Shown here piece after piece: positions 35,623 through 48,900 of a stretch of DNA of 64,000 bases. The stretch comes from Azolla caroliniana. Lineage: Eukaryota; Plantae; Polypodiophyta. Position numbers and translations under genes: made by a program. How positions within the stretch are numbered: position 1 is the first letter of the stretch; each line of letters starts with the position of its first letter. The stretch covers positions 1,364,001 to 1,428,000 of the forward strand of contig JBHGNT010000007.1 in assembly GCA_043228905.1 (NCBI GenBank), written 5' to 3'. Below the pieces are notes generated by a model. The model was not told the DNA's origin, ran no database searches, and was given only the letters and a program-made list of their open reading frames with translations.

Positions 35623-36980
35623 TTAATTTGTCTCCGGTCCTATCGGACCCTTACTCGAAACGCGCACCCGGTTTGCCATCGTTATGCTTTCCCCGGTTGT
35701 CGTCGCGTGCTCCTCCTTATTGGCTTGGTGGTAGCCGTTTTCCTCATGGGTTGCCGTCGTGGTTGGCCTGTCGGCGTCTGATTCGGTGGCGGCCCTTTGT
35801 TCAAATGGGTTCTTGGGCATAGGTCCTTTGTATGGCTTTAGTCTAAATCCGTTGACCCATTTCCGCAGCACCTCGCCGGCAAGTGTCCCTAACTGGTAAG
35901 ACTCATTGAACCCGCGTGTGATCCAGTACGATCCGGTCCATCTAAACCATAGTTTGCCTGGCATTTTACCCATCCGGGTCTGGAACACTAGTACCGGCTT
36001 GCCGATTTCGAACATCTTTTCGTTTCCCTTCCGGTGCCGATCTACGAACGCTTTCCGTCGCCGTTGTTCCAATTCTAGGTGCATGATGCTCGCCAGTCGG
36101 TGTTCTTCTAGTTCACACAGAGCCTTTAACCGAATTGCCTCCGATTCCTTTTCATTGAGTCGTTCCTGAATTTGAATCCATAAGCTTGGTACCTGGAATT
36201 CGACCGGCATGATTGGCTCTAATCCGAATGCTAACCGGAACGACATTGTACGGATGCTTGTTTTGTACACTGTCCGGTAAGCCCAGAGCGCACTGTGCAA
36301 CTTTGTGTCCCAATCTGTCCGATTTTCATTGACGATCTTGCGCAGGATATTCTGTAGCATTTTGTTTGTTGACTCAGCTAATCCGTTGGCTTGTGGGTAG
36401 TATGGGGTGCTCCGTTTATGTACTACCGCATAGAATGATGTCAAGCTCTCCACTACTTGTCCAAGAAAGTGCCCTCCTTGGTCGCTTATCAGCTCTATGG
36501 GGCATCCGTACCGGCACCAAATGTATTCGTATAAGAATTTTGTCGTCGACGCCGCGGTGTTGTCTCGTAGGGCTTTGGCTTCCACCCATTTAGTGCAATA
36601 GTCCGTCGCGACGATCACATAGCGGTTGCCAGTTCTCATTGCCGGTGGTTTAAATGGTCTGACAAAATCTAGCCCCCATTTCTGAAATGGTTCTAGCGGT
36701 AGTACTGGCTGGTGCGGCATCCTAGCTTGTTCCGTTGGCTGGCCCATTGGCTGGCATAGATCACACTCTTTTGCGTATCGGGATTGTGTCTTTCAATGTA
36801 GTCGGCCACCATAGGCCACTTTGCCATATCTTCCTTGCCGTCACATCCCCGACGTAATGGCCTCTGGCGACTCCGCAATGTGCTTCTCGTACTATTACCT
36901 CTTTCTCGGCGTTGCGCACCACTCGTCGCCATATACCGTCCGCACCTTTGTGGTATAACGTGTCCCGTAATAAACAGAAA
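35623..36980 (-). pseudogene. gypsy integrase (HHCC zinc finger, DDE core, GPY/F-like motif; one frameshift)
   Basis: EAHCGVARGHY...GLWWPT, then WGLDFV, ISDQGGHF, QANGLAESTNK and KLWFRWTGSY. No chromodomain is visible. Confidence 0.9.
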
Positions 36981-37099
36981 TGCCGGCATATATGGGTGTT
37001 AATTCCTTCCCGGTACCCGTCCGTGGTTGTGTCGGTACCCTTACTTTTGCTTTTCCCCGCCGGAAGGTGATTATATTCTTTCTCCAGTTTTGTTTAATG

Positions 37100-39627
37100 T
37101 GCGCCGTTTTTAGCCACGGCTACCCCAACAATAGCGAGTAAGCTCCTTGTGCCTGTAATTGTAGCACTACTGCCGAGATGCGAAATGTGTGACCGCCGAT
37201 TGTTACTTCCAAATCTCGTATCAAGCCGGTTGGTCGTACTAAGCTTGTATCTACCATCCGTAGCTAGAACGGGCATGGTTCCCACTCTTGGATTCCCAAG
37301 GTGGTGCATGTTCGGAGGCTAATCACATTGACGTTGGATCCTCCATCTATTACTATTCCGGGTAACTCCTTTCCCTTCACGATGGCTGTGATCGCCGGAC
37401 TGTTTGTGTCTACCACCGCCGGTCCCTCCTCCGGATTTGAGAAGAATGTTGGTGCCAGTGGTGTTTCTCATGCCGTCATGCCTGTCTTGAGTCCTTCTGT
37501 GAATCTGGGCACTAGTTGCAGGAGCCGTCCCAATGGCAGCGTGATTTGGCACTCCTGCAGTGCCTGCCATGTCGCATTTTCGGTCTGACTGCCGTCGGCG
37601 AGCTCTTCGGTGTTCCCCGTTTGCTGCACAAGTTCTGCTACGTTTCGCTCATTTGCCTTTTTCACCCATTCCGTTGCCAGCTTCCGGATGGCCTCTTGTG
37701 TTTCCCATTTCGTCATCTTGCCCTTCGACCTTGTGGTAACCTGCTGCAGGTCCGCGACTTCGACGACTACCATGTTTACTGCTGGTCGCTTGTCATAGCT
37801 CTTTGTCGGACATTGATTACTATAATGTCCTTCTTGCCGGCAATAGTAGTAATATGCTTTCCGGGTATTGCTGGATTCGGCATTGTTTCCTGTACCCGGT
37901 GGAGGACCTATGGTAACCGCGGGGCTTTGGTCTGGTTGGCTACTTGAGGCACCTTTTTCCGGTTCACGTGGGTGGCTCCCTTTTTTTAAATGCCGTTTTT
38001 TATTAAAGTTCTTTTTGTTGCGGTACCCTTGACGGGGTTGGTCGTCATATCTCCCGTAATCTTCCCGTCGTTGGTGATACCCGGGGGAGTGATCCCGGTT
38101 GTGATTCTTGTACCGTCCATTGTAATCTCGGTATCTGTCATATCTCTTGTACCGGTCATAGTTGTCTCGCTGATCGTCGTATCGGGCATCCTGTGCCGGT
38201 CGATATTGCTCCTCTCGCCGCCAGCGTTCGTCTTCTTCGTCTCGACTACTACGTGGTTCGATTTGCCGGATTGGTGGTGCTTGCCGATTCAATAAGTTAT
38301 ATTCGCACCGGTCCATCGTGTGGCTCGTAGATTGGCAGAGTAACCAGTGCGTCCGCATGGTGCACTCCAGTGACGAGTGTCCGGAATTCAAGCAGGTCGT
38401 GCATTGGATTGCTTGCCGGAATTGGAGATCCTCATCGGTTGGTAACGCTCGTTGGAGGGCTCCCATTGTTAGCCAAGAGCTCGTTTTCTCCATTTCTCTA
38501 ACCCGGTCGATGACCTGGTTGACGGTGCTTGTGCGAAAGTCGATGACCGTGCATACCGTTCGTAGAGGTTCCCGGAGCACGGCTAAGAATATAGCCCGTG
38601 TTTCTTCCTCCGGAGGTGCGCGGGTAAGCTGACTGTGCATCCGTTGAAACCGGATGACAAACTGTGGAATGCTCTCCCCGGGGTCTTGCCGGATGGTATA
38701 AAATAGGCCCACCATTTCTCTTTGGTCCACCTCCTTCTAAAAGAAGTGCAAGAATTTATCTTTCAGGTCCGCAAAAGTGGTGATGGTGATGGGGTCCTGC
38801 GTCCGGTGCCATCTGGCGGCCGGTCCTTCCAATGTCACGCCGAATTCGGCTATCTTAGATCGTTCCTCTTCTGTTGTGGTTAACCGTTGTGACACATGGT
38901 TCGCCTCCCATGTTTGTTGAAACGCGTGAACATGAGCCTCCGCGTCCGGATCATCCCTATACTTGGAGTACTGGAACGACATGTCGTCGTCCGGTGTCGG
39001 TACGTGGGTTGGCGGTGTCAGTGGTTTTTCTTGCTGTTCCGTCGGCGTCGGAGGTCTTTGCCGGTCTTCCTTTGGTGTTGCCGGCTCGACTTCCGGTGTT
39101 GGAGGTCTTTCTTTGTCTTCTTCTGTCTCCGGAGGTTGCTCCACGTCTAGTGCCGGAGGTTCCCGGTCTACCAACTCTGGTTCCGGTGTCGGTAATGTAT
39201 CCGACTCCTCGTCTAGTGCCGGAGGTTCCTGGTCTGCCAACTCTGGTTCCGGTGTCGGTAATGTATCCGACTCCTCGTCCTCTGGTCCTCCTGGGGTGTC
39301 GTTACTATTGCGATAGTTCGTGTGCGTGTTGTAACCCCCTTCCGAATCCGATTCCAGCGCTGAAAATGCCTCGGATTCGCCGTCTCTTCCGGCCAAGGCC
39401 TGGAGAAGGGATTCCGCTTCCCGGAGGCTGCTTAAGTTGCTTCCTTCGTCCGAGAAGGCGTTTTGTTGTAGACGGAGCGACTCCTCCGCCACTTTCCAGA
39501 TCACTTTGGAAAATGATCGATCCGATCGGATTTCTTCCGCTGCTTGCTGGAAAGCCTCTCGCCGCCTTCACCGTTCAGCAAGTCTTCGTGCTCTCTCCGT
39601 AACCGGGTCGTCTGTTGGCCTAGTCAT
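37100..39627 (-). pseudogene. gypsy gag-protease region (interrupted by stops and a frameshift)
   Basis: Probable ATG at 39627. Acidic Pro-rich repeats (EESDTLPTPEPEL twice), retrotransposon gag core (LEGPAARW...F.DLKDKFL...IRQDPGESIPQFVIRF), CCHC knuckles, and an aspartic protease motif (VIDGGSNVN...LLLG.PWL) at about 37350-37120. Confidence 0.85.
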
Positions 39628-40345
39628 CCATTCCCGCCGCTGTTCACTGCGATTGTGCTCCCATCGTGGTCACCAAAAACTGTGTTAATCCTAGGGCCGG
39701 ACAACAGCCTAACACACGATGTCCACTTAAGACACTTCACCAAAGGGTGTTACGGCAGGATGACTTACGACACAACGTTTAATTAGACCTTAATCGATTA
39801 CTTAGCAACACATCATTAACACGCGTAAGATATAACAATGAGTACAGAACGGTAATTAATACTGAAAGATTAAGGCAATAAGTTCTATTAATTATCCGCT
39901 GTCGATTACATTGTAATCGGGCCTTTATATAGGTCTCTGGTGCAAAGTACAAAACGGTGCCAACCGGCACCTTTTCGGGATTGGTCCGGATCCGGATCGG
40001 CATACCGATTCCGGTCCGTCCGTCCACATCTTCTCATATATTAATATATATTAAGACTACTAATTACAATAGTTCCCGAATAAACTATTCCTTTCACACT
40101 CTAGTTTGGACCTTCTTAAGCCTTCTTGCCAGCTGAGTAACATATGTGCTTTTGATATTATTATTCCTACAAAGAGGAGTATGCTTAGAAATAACCCTCG
40201 ACAATGAAGAGGAGGGGTAGATGAGCGAGATAAGATTTTCTCCGTCAATGCGGGGTAGGTGCGAAAAGAATCCTCAATAAGGAGGAGGGGTACATGAGTG
40301 AGATAAGATTGTATCAGACATTAAGGGGCGTAGTTCTAAGCTTGC

Positions 40346-40563
40346 ACCCAATCTAATTCTAAGATTACACCAAATCTAGTTGTAAGATTACACCCAATCT
40401 AATTCTATGATTACACCCAATCCAATTCTAAGATTACACCCAATCTAGTTCTAAGATTACACCCAATCTAGTTCTAAGATTACAACCAATCTAATTCTAA
40501 GATTACACCCAATCTAGCTCTCAGATTACACCCCATCTAATTCTAAGATTACACCCAACCTAG
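40346..40563. repeat. 23-bp tandem array (about 9.5 copies, CACCCAATCTA(A/G)TTCTAAGATTA) upstream of CutA
   Basis: GATTACA recurs every 23 bp (40363, 40386, 40409, ...). Confidence 0.92.
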
Positions 40564-40743
40564 ATGTGCCAATAACATCGGAGACAATTAGGGGTACTTG
40601 TGGCATCACACCCAATCTAGACATATGCCAATATCATCGGATACTTAAGGTCTGACACTTGATCTAGATTCGGCAATATCGTCCATCGGATATTATAGAT
40701 TATGTAAGAGGGGCAAAATTTTCCGACAATACTACCGCATGAG

Positions 40744-43655
40744 ATGTGTGTACATTACATTACGCCTCACCGGAACTCCGATAAGGTTTTTCTCCGGAGA
40801 ATCATGTGTGAAATTTTTGGTAGGCTGCAGAGCCCTTGGGGGGTACTGGGGTTTACTTATTACATCCCAAACCCACATGTTGTTCCTCTGATACGACGAC
40901 ACAGTGCATCCATGCGCTCTCTGCATTACCAGGTACTGTTTTAAAAAATAAATAAATTCTTGTTTGTCCATTTAGTTTGATCTCTGGCTTCTTTCTTTGA
41001 TTTGCTACAATGCTTTGATGTATGTGAACTTTGTGAAAGAGATGAGACCGTTTTATATCTCGCTATGTTGAAGATCTTGACTAAATTTGATATTTTCTTC
41101 TCTGATTTGCTACAATACAGTGTTATCTGAAAAGTGGGCGAGGTTTTTTTTCACTTATGTGAACCGATTTCTTGTTTTTCCATTGATTGTAAAATAAACC
41201 TTATAGTAAGTGTGCATAAAGTCACGTGGTTTAGTTCTGAGAGAAGTACAAAAAAGGATGCGCAGCCTATATTTATGCATACACACATGCTATATCAAAT
41301 TTCATGTTATCTTGTTTGCTTTGCTACAGCACAAGGTGTTTCCTAATACATGCAAAGGAGATGAAGATTTCTTAGTCCTTTTATGAAGATCATGAATCAA
41401 AATCCATATTTTTGCTCTTGTTAGATTTTTTACACTACACTAATTTCTGCACACACACATACTGCGGAAGGAGAGGTTTTTTTTATTCCTTCCATAAAGT
41501 TTATGAAATCAACATGGACACATGTACAGTGAAGATGGGAGCTTTTTGATACCTTTCATAAAATTCATGAAATCAAAATTCTGTGTGTTATCCTTTATAT
41601 ATATATATGTATGTATATTTTGAATTAAGTGAAGTTTTTTTACTCCTTTCATGAAGATTGTGAATCAAAGCTCATCATTTTTCTTTTTTGATTTGCTATT
41701 AACCCCCCCTTCTTTTTGCTGGTAGGCTTTCACTAAGGCAATACTTCGACATAGAAATTTATCCACATCGCGAGTCCAAGCAATGGCAGAAGATAGACAA
41801 ACCAAGCATATTGTGGTCTATGTGACTGTGCCAAATAAAGATGAAGGTACTCTGAAATTTGCATAATGTAATTCCATTATGAACGGGTAATGTTGTGGGC
41901 TTCCCTTTTCAAGATTCCCTAACAAATGATGAAAAATCCGTAAAGTGTCTTCTTTTTGATAACATCTCTTCTTCAACACATGCTGTTTTAAAACAACTTA
42001 AAAAAGCTATACCTAGTCCTGATTTCTATGTTATATTATAGATTCAACTCACTGATCATCTTGTTTGGGCAGGAAAAAATTTAGCAAATAGCATTGTTAA
42101 TGCAAAGCTTGCAGCATGTGTCAACCAAGTTCCAGGTAAAATTATTTTGGCTTAAAAAAGATTTCTTTGCTAGTTTTTTAATGCTTATTGACTTGACCTG
42201 GAAACTCAGATTTTCGTTGTTGAAATGGAATCCCTTTGAATATAAAAAATGCTACATTTTGGAAGATGTCTTAGTATGAGTTTGGTGCATATTCCTGGTA
42301 CCTCAAGGAAGGTTAGGAGAAATTTAGTTTTTGCCCCAGGATGAGGTATAATTAGTATGGATGAATAGCTGCTCTTTTAAGAAAATAGGCGAAATTTTCC
42401 GAAATACCCCGAGTTTTCACCACATGCCCACAGGCTTTTATTATTTCATCAAATGCCCTTTGCAGCTTTCCTTTCAAGCAATTTGTTGTGTTCAAGTCAT
42501 CCACTTTCCCTCAATTATATCTGCTATTTGAGCAATTATAAGGCAATCTGTCCCCGTTTTTTCTCTCTTTCAGGGTTGAGCAGGGTTTTGGGGGAATGGC
42601 AAAAACTTAGGGGTGTTTTGGGGAAATAATGCAAAAACTCAGTATTTCAGTGTTTTTCACCTGAAAAAAGGTAGAGGAATGAAACTGGCATGGGTGAATG
42701 GACAGAGCATGGTATCTTATTCTGAAGGTATGGTGACACAATCTCTATTGATATTGATATTATCATAGGCACATGCAGATATGCAAAAGGTAATATCACG
42801 CCTAGAGAATGTGTAGTAAGGTCTCATCGAGTTTCAATTCGAGGTTTGTTCCTGGAACAGCTATGTGGAAAAACTATAGTGGCAAAACAGGGTAGTAGGT
42901 TATTAAATGCTCTTATATGAAGGACATCTCAAGCTTTTGTATCTCTCCATATAATAGTGCACTATCTTGAGCTCATTCTTGTTTGTCATTAGTCTTTGCA
43001 CTGTCTTTTAATCATGCATTATCTAGTCAATTTTAATCCTCAATAGAACTTTAATATAATATTTAAATAGAATCCCACGCTAGATAGCAACTTGTTTTAG
43101 CTACCGAGCATTCCAAATGAGTTGTTTTGTGTTTAATTCAAACCATTTACTTTCTTGTAAAGCGTATTGTATTGCTTGAAATGTGTGGTTGTTGTTGCTT
43201 CATCAGGCGTAGAATCGACTTACTGGTGGGAAGGAAAGGTATATGAATATGGTATTTCTATTTGTTCGATAAAACTGTTTGCAGGCTTGAATCTCAGCCA
43301 TATAAACTGAAAAAATTAGATTGGATTGCGATAGGTGGAAACAGACTCTGAAGTTCTTTTGATTATCAAGACTAGGGAATCTTTGTTAAAAGAATTAACC
43401 CAGCATGTTATCAAACACCATAAATATGAGTAAGTCTCTCTGTATTATTATTATAACTGTGAAGCACTTAAATATCTTTGAACACGTTTTTTGTCCTTTT
43501 TTCTTCTTATAACTTGTACATGATATTTCATTTTTTCATTTACTTTTAGAGTGCCAGAAGTTATTGCTTTGCCAATTATTGGTGGAAATCCGACGTATCT
43601 CAACTGGCTTGAGGATAGCACAAAAAACCCGGATGAAGTCTTGAATTCTTCGTAA
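40744..43655 (+). CDS. CUTA: CutA1-like divalent cation tolerance protein with an N-terminal (probably organellar-targeting) extension
   Basis: Exons 40744-40932 (start codon uncertain), 41726-41846, 42073-42135, 43207-43238, 43335-43429, 43550-43655; all GT-AG and phase-consistent. Translation: HIVVYVTVPNKDEGKNLANSIVNAKLAACVNQVPGVESTYWWEGKVETDSEVLLIIKT...HKYEVPEVIALPIIGGNPTYLNWL. The core starts at the ATG near 41783. Confidence 0.92.
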
Positions 43656-45433
43656 AGGTTTTCAAGAGATAAGTTATGATATCATATTGTTTCTCTCTCT
43701 CTCTCTCTCACTCACTCACTTTATACGCTTATTAAATAAGTTATCTTTAGTTTTTTCCAATTACTTGTGTTTGCCAAAATGTTAAATATTTCGACAGTTT
43801 CCTGATCATGTGGTATTATATTGTATTCCTTGGCATTGGCACATTATTGTCCTATAAATTATACATTTTTGGGTAGCAGTGCGTAACAAAAGAATTCTCT
43901 TGCAGAACGTAAATTCCATGCCCACATCATCTAAGTATTTCCTTAAATTTTCGAGAAATTATAAGTCTGACGATGTAGTTATCTGTCCTGCTGACATATT
44001 GTGTTATACAACAAGGCCAAATGATCTAAGAAAGTGTAATATACTCGATACAGGTCAAGAAGCATGAAAAGTTGATACATGGCCTAGATTGTCACCAATT
44101 ATGAGGGACAAACATTTGTTTTGTGGATTGTTGATCAATGTGGACGATGGAATCAAATTTGTAATGAACCTATAGAATCTGTGCATAATATAATGCGATG
44201 CACATGCTCTACTAGGAGAGCCCAACGACTCTAGAAAAAACTCAACCAAATCTGAAATAGATATGCACATGTTTCATAAGCAATCAACCCTTACATTCCA
44301 GTTTGCACCTTTCCCACTGTTGATCAGACGGCGAGTTAACAGTACACGTGATTTATCATGAAAAGAATAAACAAACATTTGGTAGTTAGCCTATTGCTCC
44401 AGTTATTGAGCACAAGTCCTAAAGTTACTAAGTTAAGCACTCTGTGAAGCAATGACGGAGCACCTAAAATGTTGGTCACCAAGCATGTAGATGGATATGC
44501 AAAATATAGCTTCTCAACGTGAAACATAGAACCAAATTCTGAACTACGTTGTCATAAGTGAGTGAAATAACCAACTGTCCCTGATATGTGATATAACTTT
44601 AAAACAAGGCCCTTCTTTGAGAGAGATATCTAATGAAGATGTATGAAAATGCACATGGTGACTAACATGACTGGGGACGTAACCAATGGTAGAGAAAAAT
44701 CTGAAATGAAAAAGCGATATTGTTTCTGAATTTCATAGTTTATATCTTGCATGAGTTTGGTTTTGTGATCGAGTGGACAAGCAACAAGCATGCCTAGTGC
44801 CATCCATAATCTGTTCTGTCTCTGCTAGGAGCCCTTGAAAGGTGGCACAACCTTGTAGGAATTCTTGACAACCGTGCATGCATATCCTCATATGCAAAGC
44901 ACTCCAAAGTGACTAAGTTCCTCTGTTTCTGGTAGGTGGAGGCAATGTAGATCACATCATGATTCTCTTTTTTCTTTCTGCCCAATATTCAACCAACCCC
45001 AAGTTTCTAGTATCAACTACTATTACTTCCTACATGGCATGAAAATTTGCCAAAAGTATGAAAAGGGAGGTGGTATTGAGAGGATTTTCATGCAGGTCTC
45101 TATTACATATTATCATTATCATTGGTTTTAATCACTAGTATGTGACCACTCTTTCCAAAGAGTGGTGTGTTATGATGCTCTCTCCGTAAGCCTTCAGTAG
45201 TAGGATTGTTTCCAATTTGCCTAGTAATTAATGATCGTTGTACACATTTATATGGTCAATATGTTGGTATTGAGTAGCTTCGTATTGTGCCACATTTATA
45301 AATACCACCTCTATCAGAAGGTCCTAGTTTACTATGTGAGTTTTGGCGCCAATTTGTGTCGTTTGTTTTCAAACATAATTTTGTTGTTCATTATTATCAA
45401 CAAATAATAAACGCTTTTTATAGCTTTTAGCTA

Positions 45434-45915
45434 CATGTTGTTGACTGGTCACCAATAATGCAATGTAAGTTTACTTAATCATTTTTGTTAGTGTCAATCG
45501 TTTTGTGATAGTGTCATTTACTAATGGTCAATCCTCCACAACCAGAAGATATATTCAATTGAGGACAATTTATTTAGTAGTTGCCCTTATTTTCCCTTGC
45601 TTCATGTTGTTGACTGGTCGCCAATAATGCAATGTAAGTTTACTTAATCATTTTTGTTAGTGTCAATCGATTTGTGATAGTGCCATTTACTAACAGTCAA
45701 TCCTCCACAACCAGAAGATATATCCAATTGAGGACAATTTATTCAGTAGCTGCCCTTTCCCTTGCTTCATGTTGTTTGTTGAAATGTCACCAATAATGCA
45801 ATGTAAGTTTACTTAATCATTTTCGTTAGTGTCATTTACTAATGGTCGAATCCTCCACAACCAGAAGATATATCCAATTGAGGACAATTTATTTAGTAGT
45901 TGCCCTTACTTTCCC
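45434..45915. repeat. Tandem triplication of a unit of about 170 bp
   Basis: CATGTTGTT...CCAATAATGCAATGTAAGTTTACTTAATC...AATCCTCCACAACCAGAAGATATA three times. Confidence 0.9.
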
Positions 45916-48900
45916 ATAAAGGCATTATGATGGCAAAAGATTCATATCTAATGCCAACACAATACATGACTTATTGATGGGTATCTAAACAAGGACTAAC
46001 GTACATAAACTTGTTTCTTTTATATCACAATAGAAAGATCATCCAGAACATGAGAGTTTGAGAAATAAATTACATTCGATATCTAAACGTGAGAGTTTGG
46101 CATGAAGTTGAGCAATTATCCTATCAATTTTATATGAGAGTTTTGCAGTTGGGTGAGCTGTCTGAAACTTAGCAAAAGCCACACTATGTTGCAATGATAT
46201 TTTAGTATCTATTAAAAGTACTAGATTTTGTGTAGTGATGAATATTGCGACCGAGGTCTATTTGATTGAGTCAACATTGTAACAGATCTCCCAACATTGA
46301 TTGATTCATCATATGATGGTGTGAATATATATAACATGACAACTGATTTGTCATTTTCTTAATTAATGTTTCCAAAAAATATTGCTTCTTTATTTCTTGC
46401 AAGAGTTTATTCCCGTAATTTACATGAGTTTTATATCCATCTACTTGAACACAATGGTGAGGCACATGTGCTTGTTTTAAAGATAACATATCCTGAATTG
46501 GCTTGGCTAAAGGCATTTGTCTAACAAAACTTGAAAATGAATGTATTTGTAACTATGAAACTCTGAAATGAAGCATGTTCTAATCAATGTTTTCGAGAAA
46601 TGCCCAGACTTAGTTAGAGCTATGTGGCAATCCATCAAAACCAATATTGGCGAATTAGGCGTACTGTGTGCAGCTTACTAATTTGCCATGGTAGCTAATA
46701 GCTTGACTCAAAAGTTTTAAATATTTAACTCCTAGTTTCAATTTTTCATTATGTTTTTTATGTCAAATTTTTACATAAATCATTGATGAAGTAGTTTTTA
46801 AAATTTTGTAACTTCTGTATGATACTTAATCATGGATCTTTTAGTCATTAATCATGATTGTGTTTGTTAAGCTGTGGACGTGAAATAGAACAATTTTGTC
46901 AACATGCATTACATAGTTGTCACTGTCAGTAACAAGAATCGATGAGTTTTACAAAACCCAACATTACATTTACCACAGATCAGGTCTAGAAAATTTGTTG
47001 CTCATAAAATGTGATAATGTAATGTATGCTAGGCTCGAGGAGAGGGGTAACTATGATAATAGGTGTCTCTCCCCCCACAAGAGTTTCACGCAAGCTATTT
47101 GATTACTGATTTCAAGTCGTCCATAACGTATTGTAAAGCGGGATTTATTAATATCAATGCAAAGTGAGCTGTAATTTTGGGAAATTTTATAAAGTAGGCC
47201 TTGAATGCACTTGGTATATAGAATTTACATTGGAGGCGAGAGGAGACGTGTGGATTATTTATGACGAATGTCTTTGCAAGTATAAAAAATGTGATGTTAC
47301 GGCCCCTACATATTGTATGCAAATATTGTGAAAATATATCTAACATAACTACATATTAATGGAAAAGTTCTCTTCAAGAGTTTGTTAGTTGATATTGATG
47401 TGATACTATTCTTTTTATCATTAGTGTAATCTACATTAGGATTTGTCAAAGGAAAGAACATGTTCCTCCTAGACCTAAGTCTTTATTGCTCTTGTCGTAT
47501 TCAACAAATATGGCTAGATGTTCCACCTTCATTGGAGGAATGATTAATGTGCACATGCCCTCCTTGTTTGGTTCTGAAGAAAATTTTGAATTTTGGAGCA
47601 TTCGATTTGCTTGCTAGCATAAATTGTACTATGGTTTGGAGTGTTCAATTTGCTTGCAACAATGATTTTGGTGAAAGCCAAATTTATCCTCTCTTTACGT
47701 GGCTAGAACTATGTTAAGTTTTCGTCCCGCTAATTTATGCACATGCTCATAGAGTGATCTACTCAATCGAAGGGTTCTTTGCCTTCTACAATCTCATCAG
47801 AAGGTTTCTTTGTTTTCCAAAACCTTGGAATTGTAGTATCCTCGCGTTCATGAAGACTTTCTCGACATATTCGTATGCATCCATCCCATGCACATATATA
47901 TATATATATATATAAAATGAAGTGCCGTGTTTCCTTCAATAAAGAATGCCTTCTAACGCACGAAATGCTACGTGAGTGAATTTTTATAGTTTTTGGATTC
48001 ATGCATTTTTATTTAAAAAAATCCCATGATCATTGCATGTCAACGATATAAGTTCATACTAGTATGAAAAACATCATTAAGTGAAGTAAGTTATTTTATC
48101 TACCAATCAGGTGCATTCCTCAATTTTTCGGTTTTAGTTTTATGAATATGAATCCTAAGATCTAACATTTCATTCCTCTTTTCTTTTGTGTAATATTTTC
48201 CATGGGAATCCCAATGTGTAATACTACGAAAAGAAGAGCCCGTGGACCTTATCTAACATGTGCATTATGCATCTTAAAATACAATCTCCAATATTGCAAT
48301 GCTTCAAAATTTTGCAATGTGGTAAACTAGAAATTGTACATTAACTTAACCAACACTTATGTTTAGGCCTTGAAAATGATTATTCTAATAAAATTAGCTA
48401 GTGAAGTACGTTAATAATCCCTATACAGGTGGAACTTTCCACGAGGAAAATTCTATAAATATAAATCGGATCCCACACTCTATCTTTACAACATTTTGGA
48501 GGATCTATGTAGTTTCTCTCTATGTCATAATATTGTTTTCCTACAACAAGAGGTAAAAGTGCACCACAAAATGGTATTATATACATAGCACCGCATAACG
48601 GCCTCTAGGTTGTTGAGGCATTTAACTTGCATACAAGTTGACGATCAATGTCTCACCGTCGGCATAGAAACTACATAATATAATATTTGGGATCACATGA
48701 ACATGCATTGTTTTGAAATGATAAAACATATGAAATCAAACAACTTTGAAAATATGACATTTTTGTAGGTATGGTATCACAACTCATGAAAAATAATCAG
48801 GTTTTAGTAGAGAACTTTCAACATAGCTATGATGAAAAACCAATCACTTTCATTTGAAAAGGAAAGAAACTTCGGCATGTCATCTTTATTATAAAGATAT

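Larger units (their letters stand above)
26487..40142 (-). mobile_element. Ty3/gypsy LTR retrotransposon, non-chromoviral (Tat/Athila-like), lacking RT/RNase H, with a nested copia element
   Basis: LTRs at 26487-26947 and 39683-40142 (TG...CA; about 15 differences by eye). TSD TATGT at 26482-26486 and 40143-40147. PBS TGGTGACCACGATGGGA (39675-39659) resembles a tRNA-Arg 3' complement. Order is gag, protease, integrase, extra ORF. Confidence 0.93.

Noticed and set aside
26761-39786. Numerous plus-strand ORFs overlapping the retroelements
   Set aside because: They are antisense shadows of GC-rich minus-strand coding sequence with no independent motifs.
43880-45000. Moderate-complexity sequence with short ORFs downstream of CutA
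   Set aside because: No recognisable domain or consistent exon chain.
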